The notes under the pieces are model-generated. The model did no database searches and was not told the origin of the DNA. It saw nothing but the letters and a program-made list of their open reading frames with translations. The translations under genes and the position numbers were made by a program. Shown piece by piece: positions 8,858-17,792 of a stretch of DNA of 48,395 bases. Each line of letters opens with the position of its first letter. Within the stretch, counting starts at the first letter, position 1. The DNA comes from a virus (taxonomy: Duplodnaviria > Caudoviricetes). The stretch lies in IMG/VR virus record IMGVR_UViG_3300020045_018023, positions 1 through 48,395 of that record; one strand, 5' to 3'.

Positions 8858-9181
8858 ATGAGACAACAAGACGTTTTATTACTTTGTTTAATAATAAACA
8901 ATAAAGAATACAGAAATAAAAGTAAAACTTTTTTAGCTAATATTTTGAAAATAAGTAGAGCTTCAATTAATGAAAGTATTAAAAGATTAAGTGATGTAAA
9001 TTTAATTCTAACAGGTTTAAAAGGAGTTAAGTTATATCCACATCGTAGTAACAGTATTGATTATTTAAAAGAATGTGTACCTCATTTGTTCTTTAATGAA
9101 AAAGAAATATTAAAAGTTGCTCAATATACATTAGATAATTGGAAGGCTAATCAAGAATTTTTTAGTATTAAAGATATATAA
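8858..9181 (+). CDS. Winged-helix DNA-binding protein
   Basis: MRQQDVLLL...LANILKISRASINESIKRLSDVNLI is a wHTH pattern. Confidence 0.65.
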   Translation: MRQQDVLLLCLIINNKEYRNKSKTFLANILKISRASINESIKRLSDVNLILTGLKGVKLYPHRSNSIDYLKECVPHLFFNEKEILKVAQYTLDNWKANQEFFSIKDI

Positions 9182-9221
9182 AAGAATTGATATTAATAAT
9201 TTAACAAATAAAGAAAATTAT

Positions 9222-9656
9222 ATGAAAAAGAATGTAATATATATAATAACACTTTTAACATTTACACCAACCTTTATTAATGCTTATGAGTATAAAGAAG
9301 AACAAGTTGTAAATGTAAGAACGGAAATTTGTAATGAGCTTCATTTAAGAACAATTGAGCATCAAATAGTTGAAGTACAACTAATGATAACTGAAGTATT
9401 CCCTGGAATAAAAAATGAACATCAAAATGATGCTTATACAATATTAAATAAAATAAATAATGTCATTAGTAATTTTTATTCATATTTGAAAGATTGGCGT
9501 TTAGAACTTTTATGCAAATGGTATAACGAGGAAAGAATGTCAATTGAAGTATGGCAAAGTATTGTAAATTCACCTTATGAAATATACGATAGTTTTAAAT
9601 GGATTGACAACCAAATTACATTAGCTAATGATGATTTTATATTGCCACAGAAGTAA
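9222..9656 (+). CDS. Secreted hypothetical protein (moron)
   Basis: MKKNVIYIITLLTFTPTFINA|YEY resembles a Sec signal peptide; followed by its own terminator. Confidence 0.6.
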   Translation: MKKNVIYIITLLTFTPTFINAYEYKEEQVVNVRTEICNELHLRTIEHQIVEVQLMITEVFPGIKNEHQNDAYTILNKINNVISNFYSYLKDWRLELLCKWYNEERMSIEVWQSIVNSPYEIYDSFKWIDNQITLANDDFILPQK

Positions 9657-9694
9657 TATTAATATAGGATATCATTATCCTGAATATTGTTTTT

Positions 9695-9724
9695 CCCTCA
9701 TTCTTGCGAGTGAGGGTTTTTTTT
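9695..9724 (+). terminator. Intrinsic terminator
   Basis: ccctcattc-ttgc-gagtgaggg followed by 8 T. Confidence 0.85.
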
Positions 9725-9847
9725 GTTCTAAATTCCATGCATATATTTAATTAATTTTATAATGATATTAAATAAAATTTGAGATATATTTACATAAGTA
9801 TAGTTTATGGGTTAATCTATTATTAGATATCTCTTTTATTTATATGT

Positions 9848-11533
9848 ATGGCATCTATTTCGACTATGCTTAATTCAATGAAAGAAACAATGGTTTCGAT
9901 CAGGAATGAGCACACATCAAAAACAAATCAGCTGAACCCTGAAGATGCTTCTATTAAGATTTCATGTGAAGAATCACTTTATAATTTTGTAAGACATGCC
10001 TGGAATCAAGTTGAAGGAGAAAATCTTTATTCTGATAATTGGCATATCAAAGCAATATGTGATCATTTGGAAGCATGTGTAGATGGAAAAATTAAATTCT
10101 TAAATATTAATATTCCTCCTCGTTGCATGAAATCACTTATTAGTAATATATTCTTTCCTGCCTGGATTTGGTTGAAGCGTCCTTCTGCAAAGATATTTTG
10201 TTTATCAGGTTCACATAAACTTGCCGTACGCGACAGTGTTAAATGCCGATCACTTATGCAATCAGTTTGGTATCAGAATCTTTGGGGAAATGTATTTTCT
10301 TTTAATAAAGATGTTAATACCAAAGAACGCTATTCGAATAATAAAGGTGGTGAAAAACTTGTTAAATCGATTCTTGGTTCATCTATTGGTGAAGGAGGAC
10401 ATTTTCTAATTATAGATGACGGAAATAGCCAGCAAGATATTACTTCTAAGACCACACGTGATCGTACAAATGAAATTGTTGATAGTTCATTTTTGATTAG
10501 ACAAGATAATACAGAGCGTGCGGTTGTTATAAACATTCAACAACGATTGCATTGGGAAGATCTTACAGCACATTTACTTGAAAAGAAATTACCTGGTACT
10601 GTTCACCTTATGTTGCCGATGGAATATGAAGCACATAGAGCTTGTGAAACAATTCCATTAAAGGGAATGAAAGAAAGATGGCGTGATCCACGTACAAATA
10701 AAGATGAATTATTGTGGCCATCACGTTTTACTCCAGAACATGTTGCACGTTTAAAGATATTTTTTGGTTCACCTTATAATATTGCATCGCAATTACAACA
10801 GTTACCAGCTCCTGAATCAGGAAACATTTTCCAAAAAGAATGGTTTAAAATTTGGAAACAAGGTTACATGCCTAAAATGGATATGGTTATCCAGTCATGG
10901 GATACTGCCCTTAGTGTAGGAGTAAATGCATGTGAATCTGCTCTTACGACATGGGGCATTTTTACAGATGATAATTTCAAGAAAAATATAATATTTATGA
11001 ATAGTTGGCATGGAAGATTAGAACAACCTGATTTGCGTAAGATGATTAAGAAATGTGCAAATAATTATTATACAATGAAATATGAAGGAATAGATCGAGC
11101 AGGTCCGCGAGCTGATGTTGTTCTTATTGAAGAAGCATCTGGAGGTCTTGCAATGATCCAAGATTTAAGATCAAGTGGACTTCCCATATTTGGGTTTAAT
11201 CCACGTCATCATAAGCTACCTAATTTTGCTCATATGACCAATAAAGCAGATCGAGCACGTTTGGCTTCTGTTGTTGTAGAGCAAGGTTTGGTTTGGTTGC
11301 CTGCTAGTATTGATAACCCATCATTGTTATTGAAAAACGCTCAATTCTTTCTTGATACTGTTTTGGCTTGTCCTTCTGGACGTAACCAAGATCTTGTGGA
11401 TTCTTTTGCGCAAGCCATGATATGGATAAGGAAAAAACAAATTCTACATCTAAAGGGTGAAGATCCATTTGATAATGCACCTATTGATTACAATGCTTAT
11501 ATCGATCATGTAGACTATACAGGTAGAGTTTAG
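9848..11533 (+). CDS. terL: Terminase large subunit
   Basis: WHIKAICDHLE, Walker A INIPPRCMKS, Walker B LIIDD, IQQRLHWEDL, and nuclease motifs QSWDTA, LIEEASGG, DLVDS. Confidence 0.95.
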   Translation: MASISTMLNSMKETMVSIRNEHTSKTNQLNPEDASIKISCEESLYNFVRHAWNQVEGENLYSDNWHIKAICDHLEACVDGKIKFLNINIPPRCMKSLISNIFFPAWIWLKRPSAKIFCLSGSHKLAVRDSVKCRSLMQSVWYQNLWGNVFSFNKDVNTKERYSNNKGGEKLVKSILGSSIGEGGHFLIIDDGNSQQDITSKTTRDRTNEIVDSSFLIRQDNTERAVVINIQQRLHWEDLTAHLLEKKLPGTVHLMLPMEYEAHRACETIPLKGMKERWRDPRTNKDELLWPSRFTPEHVARLKIFFGSPYNIASQLQQLPAPESGNIFQKEWFKIWKQGYMPKMDMVIQSWDTALSVGVNACESALTTWGIFTDDNFKKNIIFMNSWHGRLEQPDLRKMIKKCANNYYTMKYEGIDRAGPRADVVLIEEASGGLAMIQDLRSSGLPIFGFNPRHHKLPNFAHMTNKADRARLASVVVEQGLVWLPASIDNPSLLLKNAQFFLDTVLACPSGRNQDLVDSFAQAMIWIRKKQILHLKGEDPFDNAPIDYNAYIDHVDYTGRV

Positions 11534-11589
11534 TTATTATTTTATTTTTATAATAAGAATGAAAATTTTAAACTAAGATTTAATAATTA

Positions 11590-11664
11590 TGGCTCCCCGG
11601 GACGGATTCGAACCGCCGACCGAGTGATTAACAGTCACTTGCTCTACCACTGAGCTACCAGAGA
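11590..11664 (-). tRNA. trnN: tRNA-Asn (GTT)
   Basis: Reverse complement TCTCTGGTAGCTCAGTGGTAGAGCAAGTGACTGTTAATCACTCGGTCGGCGGTTCGAATCCGTCCCGGGGAGCCA folds as a cloverleaf with anticodon GTT, G73 and encoded CCA. Confidence 0.95.
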
Positions 11665-11675
11665 ATATATTAATA

Positions 11676-12101
11676 TTAGTCTTTAACTGATTTTACAGGT
11701 GAGTTTGGTGGGCATATTATTTCATCATCTAGCAAAGGATTTTTAACAATACCATAAAGTTTCTTTGCTTTTATTTTAGATGTAAATTCTTTGTATTTAT
11801 TAATATTTTCAATAACTAATCCTATATTTTCAATAAGTAAACCAACATTTTCTAATGTTTTAATTGAAGAGACAAACCCGGCCAAATGCATGATTACTCC
11901 AATCGTTGCAACATCGGGAACATTTTGTATAAGTTTCTGATGAATAAGGTTTTGATCATGAGTATTAATATTTAGGGTCACATCATTATCACACAAGAAT
12001 CGTGTAACATCATCATTTAAATCAATTTCAAAGCTATCTGTTGATGCATATAATAATTCAAATAATAATAATAATATTAGTAATTGACGTAACATAAACA
12101 T
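11676..12101 (-). CDS. Secreted hypothetical protein (moron)
   Basis: MLRQLLILLLLFELLYA|STD resembles a signal peptide; antisense to the late genes and ends 11 nt before the tRNA. Confidence 0.6.
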   Translation of the reverse strand: MFMLRQLLILLLLFELLYASTDSFEIDLNDDVTRFLCDNDVTLNINTHDQNLIHQKLIQNVPDVATIGVIMHLAGFVSSIKTLENVGLLIENIGLVIENINKYKEFTSKIKAKKLYGIVKNPLLDDEIICPPNSPVKSVKD

Positions 12102-12208
12102 GTTTTATCTTTCTAACAAATAACATCAATTAAATTATATCATATATTATATTTATATGTAATTAAGATTCATTTAATAAAATTTAACGAATAATATAAA
12201 AATATAGC

Positions 12209-12257
12209 TTGCATGAGGTTATACCACTATTGTATCATATTAAAGTCACACAATAGT
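12209..12257 (+). promoter_or_regulatory. Putative par promoter with overlapping inverted repeat (autoregulatory operator)
   Basis: TTGCAT-N18-TATCAT; inverted repeat actattgt (12226-33)/acaatagt (12250-57). Confidence 0.45.
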
Positions 12258-12281
12258 AGTGTTATTTAATATGGAGGAAGT

Positions 12282-12932
12282 ATGATTATCCTAATAGGAG
12301 GTGAGAAAGGTGGAACAGGTAAAACTACACTTGCTACAAACCTTGCCTCACTCTTTGCTAATGATAATGAAGATGTTTTTATAATGGATACAGATAGACA
12401 GGGTAGTGCAAGTGATTGGTGTTCTATCCGAGCGATGAATAATTCTTTAAAAAGAATCCCGTGTATGCAGAAATTTGGAGGCAATATTGCACATGAAATT
12501 CTTGATTTATCATTTAGATATAAAAATATTATTATTGATGCAGGAGGACATGACAGTGTTGAGTTAAGATCTGCTATGACTGTTGTCGATGAAATGTATA
12601 TTCCTTTGCAGGCTTCACAATTTGATGTATGGACGATTGGAACAATGGACAATATTGTAGCACTTTCAAAAACCATTAATCCTAAATTAAACGCATCATT
12701 TATTATCAATCGTGCATCAACTCACCCATCAGTATCATCGTATGACAAAATTCTTCCAGTTTTTAAAGATATTCAAAACTTAAAAATTATGTCTCATGTT
12801 ATACACGATAGAAGTGCATACCAAAAAGCTGCTCAACTTGGAAAGTCAGTTTCAGAATTAGTACCGGTAGACTATAAAGCTTCACAAGAAATAACAATTT
12901 TATACAATAAAATAAGGAACAAAGATGACTGA
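12282..12932 (+). CDS. parA: Plasmid partition ATPase, short type Ib (ParA/ParF-like)
   Basis: Deviant Walker A GEKGGTGKTT, DTDRQGSASDW, IIIDAGG, IPLQASQFDVW; 216 aa with no N-terminal HTH. Confidence 0.92.
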   Translation: MIILIGGEKGGTGKTTLATNLASLFANDNEDVFIMDTDRQGSASDWCSIRAMNNSLKRIPCMQKFGGNIAHEILDLSFRYKNIIIDAGGHDSVELRSAMTVVDEMYIPLQASQFDVWTIGTMDNIVALSKTINPKLNASFIINRASTHPSVSSYDKILPVFKDIQNLKIMSHVIHDRSAYQKAAQLGKSVSELVPVDYKASQEITILYNKIRNKDD

Positions 12933-13188
12933 TTTTAAAAAAAAACCGCCTACATTGCCACCAGAAGTAGAAGCATTTATTAAAAGTGCTGCATATGCTC
13001 AACCAGAAGAATTAATGCCATGGGAAGCACCAGGAATTCGTGAAGATGTATTCAAGGTATTTAATTTCAGAATAAGAGAAAAATATTATATCAAGTTAGA
13101 TTATTTAGCTAAAAAGAAAGAGATTAGTAAAAATAAACTTTGTTTAGATGCATTGATAGCCGTACTAGAACAAGAACTAGGGAAATAA
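12925..13188 (+). CDS. Small partition DNA-binding partner (ParG-like ribbon-helix-helix)
   Basis: Overlaps parA. Flexible N-terminus with EAFIKSA, then VFNFRI (strand) and YYIKLDYLAKKKEISKNKLCLDAL (two helices). Confidence 0.75.
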   Translation: MTDFKKKPPTLPPEVEAFIKSAAYAQPEELMPWEAPGIREDVFKVFNFRIREKYYIKLDYLAKKKEISKNKLCLDALIAVLEQELGK

Positions 13189-13301
13189 ATTTTATCATGT
13201 AATGTCTTTTACTTTGTTTAAAATTTGAAATAAAATTCAGTAAAAGGGTTGCCTATTACCTAGGAGGATGTATACTTGTAATATCTTCTTAGGTTATAGT
13301 T

Positions 13302-15956
13302 ATGCTCAATCAAAATATTCTAGAGAATCCTTTACAAGCAAGTCAAAATACTGCTTTTCCAGGCAATATGGATGCCGGATATGAAGAACAATTAGGTGAT
13401 AATTCAGTTCTTAATATTCCTGATGAAGGTTTGTTAACTTCTGATCCTAAATTTCATCATAATTTAGCTCGATATCTTAGTGATGGTGAGCTACAAATGA
13501 TTGGCTCAGATCTTACAGATGCGATTGAAAATGATGACCAAGCACGTCAATCATGGCTACGTATTGTTACAGAAGGAATTGAATATCTTGGAATCGGCAA
13601 TACACGCTCTAAATCTGCTTATAGTGGTAAATCTGATGATTTGTTTGCTCCTACTCTTCTAAAATCTGCTTTACATGCTACGGCAGAAATACACAGTAAT
13701 ATTTTCCCTTCATCTGGTTTTGTTCAAACTGAATGTCTAGGAATGGTAGACGAAGAACTCGAAAATCATGCTGAACGTGTAAAAGAGATGATGAACTATG
13801 TTCTTACGGATGTAATGGAAGATTACAAGGCCGATAAGAAGCAAGGTTTACTATGGATGTGCCTCGAAGGAAGCATGTTTGTAAAAGTATATATTGACCG
13901 TCTTAAGAATAAACCAGCAGCTCCTTATATTCGTGCTTCTGATATCATTATTGATCCAGGTGCAACATCACTTGATAATGCAGATCGAATTAGTCATTAT
14001 TTTGTACTGTCTCATCGTTCACTTGAAGAACAATTTATTCAAGGTGATTGGAAACGTGGAAATATTGAAGTTGAGGATTTGCAATCAGAACTTGTTGAAC
14101 GCAAACTAGATTCCAAAATTGGTATTACACCAAATATGGATGAATCAAATAAATATTATGCGTTTTATGAGACGGCTACTTATAGAGATTTAAGAGGATT
14201 TGAACACCTTAATAAAAATGGCGAACCTTCTGGTAGGTTGTTACCTTATATTATAACAAAAGATAAGAATAGCAATGTTATTACTGCTATTTATCGTAAT
14301 TGGGAGGAAAATGATCCATTATTTAAGCCTAAAAAATATATTACACAACACAAATATTTTACAGGTTTTAATATCTATGGACTTGGTTTATTTCATCTCG
14401 CATTAGGATTAGCTAAATGTGAAACAAAGATTCAGCAACAATTAATTCGCGCAGCTGAACTTGCAAATGCACCATCTTTATTACAAGGCTCTGGATTACG
14501 TAATGAACGTACACAAATTGATATAAAACCAGGTGGTATCAATCAATTTCAAACATTTGATAGTGATATTTCAAAAGCAATTTTACCATTACCATTTCAT
14601 GAGCCATCACCTGTTTTAATGCAATTTCGAGAGATTATTTCAGATTCCATTACAGCATTTTCTGTCTCAAGAGAAATAAATCCTGGGGATATTTCTGGAA
14701 ACATGCCCTCTGCAGCAGCAGTAGGTATATTAAGTACTATGCATAAACTTGAGAATTCTTTGTTGAATGATTTATATGATAGTTTTCGTAAAGAATTCCA
14801 ATTAATTTACAATCTGATGGGTGAATGGTTACCTGAGGAAGGATATCCATTTAAGTTACCTGGCGGTGAACACGTCATGATGAAGTCTGACTTTTCACCT
14901 AATTTTTCTGTTAGACCGGTTCTTGATCCTAATGTTTCATCTGATCTATATAAGAGTGTTATTAATCAAGGAATTCTGGATCTTGCGACACAAAAACCTG
15001 AACTTTATAATATTCGTGAAGTTCATAAACGCATTCTTAGCACAATGAAAGTTACAGATGTAGATAAGTTGCTTTTACCGAAAAATGACGAAGAACCACC
15101 GCCAGCTGAAATGGATCCTATTAGTGAAAATCAGGCTGTTATGCAAAGTAACCCTATTAAAGCTTATAAAATTCAAGATCATGAAGCACACACAATTGTA
15201 CATAAAGCACTTATTACTACATTAACAGCTCAAATGCAGGCTGATAGTGATCAAGATAATACGTCGATTATTGCTACATTGAAAGCTCACATTCAAGAAC
15301 ATGATACTTTTGCTTATGTAATTAATATGGAAATGACATCCGGGATTGAATTACCAGATGATCCAACACAGATACCATCTAATGTACAAAATCAAATTGC
15401 TATTCAAGCAGCACAAGCTATTCAAAATACACAACAACAAGAAGCGCAACAAAATCAGCAAATTGATCCTAACCAAATTCTTATGGAAGAAAACCGGATT
15501 AAAGAAAAAGAAGCTGACAATAAAGCTTCTGTGGATCAGGCGCGTATTCAATTTGATTATCAACGTTTGCAATCAGATATCCAAAATGAACAAATGAAAA
15601 TCAATATTCAACATCAAGAAATTGAATTCAAAGCACAACAACTTGAAGTTGATCGTATGAAACTTGAACTTCAATCACAAGAAATGCAGATGAAGATGGA
15701 AGTTGAAATGGCTAAAATAAAAGCCAATAAAATTAAATCTGATATGACTATAGAATCGAAAGCATTTGACTCTACCTTGCGTTATCAAAGTGACCAAGAA
15801 AGAGATAATGCCAAGATCGCTTTTGACGAAGGTAAAACTGAGTTAGATGCGCAATCAAAAGCCTACAGTGATACTTTAGCGTTCGAAAGTGAACAGCAAC
15901 GGTCTCAAGAAGAAGAGCATAAAAAACACCTCAATTCATCTCAACTCAATTTATAA
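13302..15956 (+). CDS. Portal protein (P22-like) with long C-terminal coiled coil
   Basis: HHNLARYL, D..AR..W, A.RVKEMMNY.L, G..F.KVY.D, LPYIIT.D, I.RNWEEND, YGLGL.H, DP.SEN, QDHEAH..VH; Q/E-rich barrel tail. Confidence 0.88.
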   Translation: MLNQNILENPLQASQNTAFPGNMDAGYEEQLGDNSVLNIPDEGLLTSDPKFHHNLARYLSDGELQMIGSDLTDAIENDDQARQSWLRIVTEGIEYLGIGNTRSKSAYSGKSDDLFAPTLLKSALHATAEIHSNIFPSSGFVQTECLGMVDEELENHAERVKEMMNYVLTDVMEDYKADKKQGLLWMCLEGSMFVKVYIDRLKNKPAAPYIRASDIIIDPGATSLDNADRISHYFVLSHRSLEEQFIQGDWKRGNIEVEDLQSELVERKLDSKIGITPNMDESNKYYAFYETATYRDLRGFEHLNKNGEPSGRLLPYIITKDKNSNVITAIYRNWEENDPLFKPKKYITQHKYFTGFNIYGLGLFHLALGLAKCETKIQQQLIRAAELANAPSLLQGSGLRNERTQIDIKPGGINQFQTFDSDISKAILPLPFHEPSPVLMQFREIISDSITAFSVSREINPGDISGNMPSAAAVGILSTMHKLENSLLNDLYDSFRKEFQLIYNLMGEWLPEEGYPFKLPGGEHVMMKSDFSPNFSVRPVLDPNVSSDLYKSVINQGILDLATQKPELYNIREVHKRILSTMKVTDVDKLLLPKNDEEPPPAEMDPISENQAVMQSNPIKAYKIQDHEAHTIVHKALITTLTAQMQADSDQDNTSIIATLKAHIQEHDTFAYVINMEMTSGIELPDDPTQIPSNVQNQIAIQAAQAIQNTQQQEAQQNQQIDPNQILMEENRIKEKEADNKASVDQARIQFDYQRLQSDIQNEQMKINIQHQEIEFKAQQLEVDRMKLELQSQEMQMKMEVEMAKIKANKIKSDMTIESKAFDSTLRYQSDQERDNAKIAFDEGKTELDAQSKAYSDTLAFESEQQRSQEEEHKKHLNSSQLNL

Positions 15957-15990
15957 TATTAATACTATATATTTAAAAAGGAATAAATAA

Positions 15991-16494
15991 ATGTCAGAAG
16001 ATACTTTGCTAGGAACCAACGAGGCTTATACTCGTTTAAAAAGAATGACCAGTCAAACTAATGATGGTCGTATTTGTTATCCATCAGGCACGAATATGCG
16101 TGGTTCACAAGGTCGTGAACATCATGCAGAAGGTGATATTGTTGGTAACGATGAACGAGAAATGCATGCTCGCGGTGGTAGCGTAGGTGGTGTGGAATCT
16201 GCACCTGGTATGGGCGGATCTATGATGAAGCCTAACTTTGGTGCTCCTCAACCTGGCCGTGATAATGCTCCTCGTCGGGGTGCTGTTGCACAGGCGCATG
16301 GTGAAAACCATAAAAGAGGTGAACGTGTAGGCGAAGAACATCGTGAAAAACATGCAATGGGAAATATGGTTGGTCAGATGCCAAAAAGAGGTCTGCATGA
16401 TAATGTCATGCGTGATCCAGGTGCTGCACAAACTCCACCTCGTCCAATGTATCGTCGCGGCGGCCGTACTGAGAAAATGCATTACGAGGATTAA
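15991..16494 (+). CDS. Low-complexity virion/internal protein with repeated H-A-x-G-G-like motifs
   Basis: aagga SD; motifs HAEGD, HARGG, HKRGE, HAMGN, YRRGG. Confidence 0.7.
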   Translation: MSEDTLLGTNEAYTRLKRMTSQTNDGRICYPSGTNMRGSQGREHHAEGDIVGNDEREMHARGGSVGGVESAPGMGGSMMKPNFGAPQPGRDNAPRRGAVAQAHGENHKRGERVGEEHREKHAMGNMVGQMPKRGLHDNVMRDPGAAQTPPRPMYRRGGRTEKMHYED

Positions 16495-16498
16495 TATC

Positions 16499-16750
16499 AT
16501 GGGAATAATCTACGGATACAGTGAAGCAGCAGAACGTATGGCTAAAGAAACAGATGAAGCTCCCCTTCGGGTTGCTTTAGATCATGATTTCTATACGAAT
16601 AATCATAGCGCCGTAAAACGAAAAGTAAAAGAAGTGTCAGACGCCATGGTTGAAGGATCAAAATCCAATGTTTATCGCAAAAATAATGCGTATGCAATGG
16701 GTGGTGTTGTAAAAGAACGTCGTGGCTTTTTTGGCCATGGTGATGATTAA
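16499..16750 (+). CDS. Small hypothetical virion protein (YAMGGVV motif)
   Basis: gagg SD before ATG 16499; the track ORF 16343..16750 is over-extended at its 5' end. Confidence 0.65.
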   Translation: MGIIYGYSEAAERMAKETDEAPLRVALDHDFYTNNHSAVKRKVKEVSDAMVEGSKSNVYRKNNAYAMGGVVKERRGFFGHGDD

Positions 16751-16896
16751 ATAATATAATTCCGGGATTGTAAAAATTCCGGAATAAATATCACCCCAAA
16801 AGCTTATGATTCATTTTGAATTATGTTAACATAAAATTATCCAACATTTGTTTATAATATGTTTGGATTTTTAACAATTATGTAAAGAGGTTTACT

Positions 16897-17241
16897 ATGT
16901 CTAGTCATGAATCAATAATCAAAACAATTAAGAATGATCTATCAAAAACAGCTACGGCTTATGCAGATCGTATTATCAATTCTCCTCTTGCTCATGTTGA
17001 ATATACAGTTGCTCAAACAATGTATCGTGCGTTGACAGATGTTGTTGCGCATATTAATACAGCTCTATCTTTTATTAAAGCAAACCCAGATTCAGCTATT
17101 CCCGAGACCTTCTTGGATACTGCAGTCGGAACACCTGATCCTGAAGTAAATCCTGAAGCTGCAGCACCTACAGCAACAACGGTTGATATAGCGAGCGGCA
17201 CAATCATTCAAGGTACTTCTGATTCTTTTGTTGGAGGCTAA
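16897..17241 (+). CDS. Hypothetical protein
   Basis: gagg SD; helical N-half like the small conserved gene usually preceding phage GroES. Confidence 0.7.
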   Translation: MSSHESIIKTIKNDLSKTATAYADRIINSPLAHVEYTVAQTMYRALTDVVAHINTALSFIKANPDSAIPETFLDTAVGTPDPEVNPEAAAPTATTVDIASGTIIQGTSDSFVGG

Positions 17242-17246
17242 TACTT

Positions 17247-17789
17247 ATGACGCAAATGAATTTAGTAGATCTAAATAATTTGACTCCTGAGCAGACAAAC
17301 CACGTCATTTTACGTGCGCAAGAACTATGGGAGTTAGAACAAACTGAAAAGCATAAAAATAGGTGGAAGTCACCTTTTGAATGGACTGAAGAAGAAATTC
17401 ACGAACTTGTTATGCGTGAAGTAGGTGAAGACACACTTTTCCCACGTGGTTATCAAGTTCTTATTAAACTTTGGATGCCTGAACGTGAATTAGATGACGT
17501 CAATGGGCTTATTCGAACAGATCATATGATGAGAAATGAACGTATCACAACCAATATTGGTCTTGTTCTCCGAATGGGAAGTGAAGCATTTCGTGAGCAA
17601 CGAAGATTCCCTGGAGGTCCAACTTTAACTTTCGGTGAATGGATTATATTTAGAACGGGTGAACGAAATCTTATCCAATGTGGAGAACATTTCTTAGCAC
17701 ATTTAAGTGATGACCGGTTTCTTGCGATGACAACAGATCCAACAAATAAAAAGACAACATTCGATCTCGAATATGAACATGTAGGATAG
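17247..17789 (+). CDS. groES: Phage co-chaperonin GroES-like protein with N-terminal extension
   Basis: P.GYQVLIK...(mobile loop NGLIRTD)...GLVLRMGSEAF...RFPGGP....GEWIIF.......I...EH....LSDDRFLAM matches phage-type Cpn10 located between portal and scaffold. Confidence 0.8.
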   Translation: MTQMNLVDLNNLTPEQTNHVILRAQELWELEQTEKHKNRWKSPFEWTEEEIHELVMREVGEDTLFPRGYQVLIKLWMPERELDDVNGLIRTDHMMRNERITTNIGLVLRMGSEAFREQRRFPGGPTLTFGEWIIFRTGERNLIQCGEHFLAHLSDDRFLAMTTDPTNKKTTFDLEYEHVG

Positions 17790-17792
17790 TTA

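Noticed and set aside
11534-11653. Read-through extension of terL after its TAG (about 39 open codons)
   Set aside because: It runs antisense through the tRNA with an implausible composition, which shows that open frames after TAG can arise by chance.
11590-11664. tRNA as attP for integration
   Set aside because: The tRNA is complete, and no tyrosine or serine integrase was recognised in the genome.
16821-16834. 14-bp perfect palindrome ttatgttaacataa
   Set aside because: Single, very AT-rich, and no second copy was noticed; likely chance.
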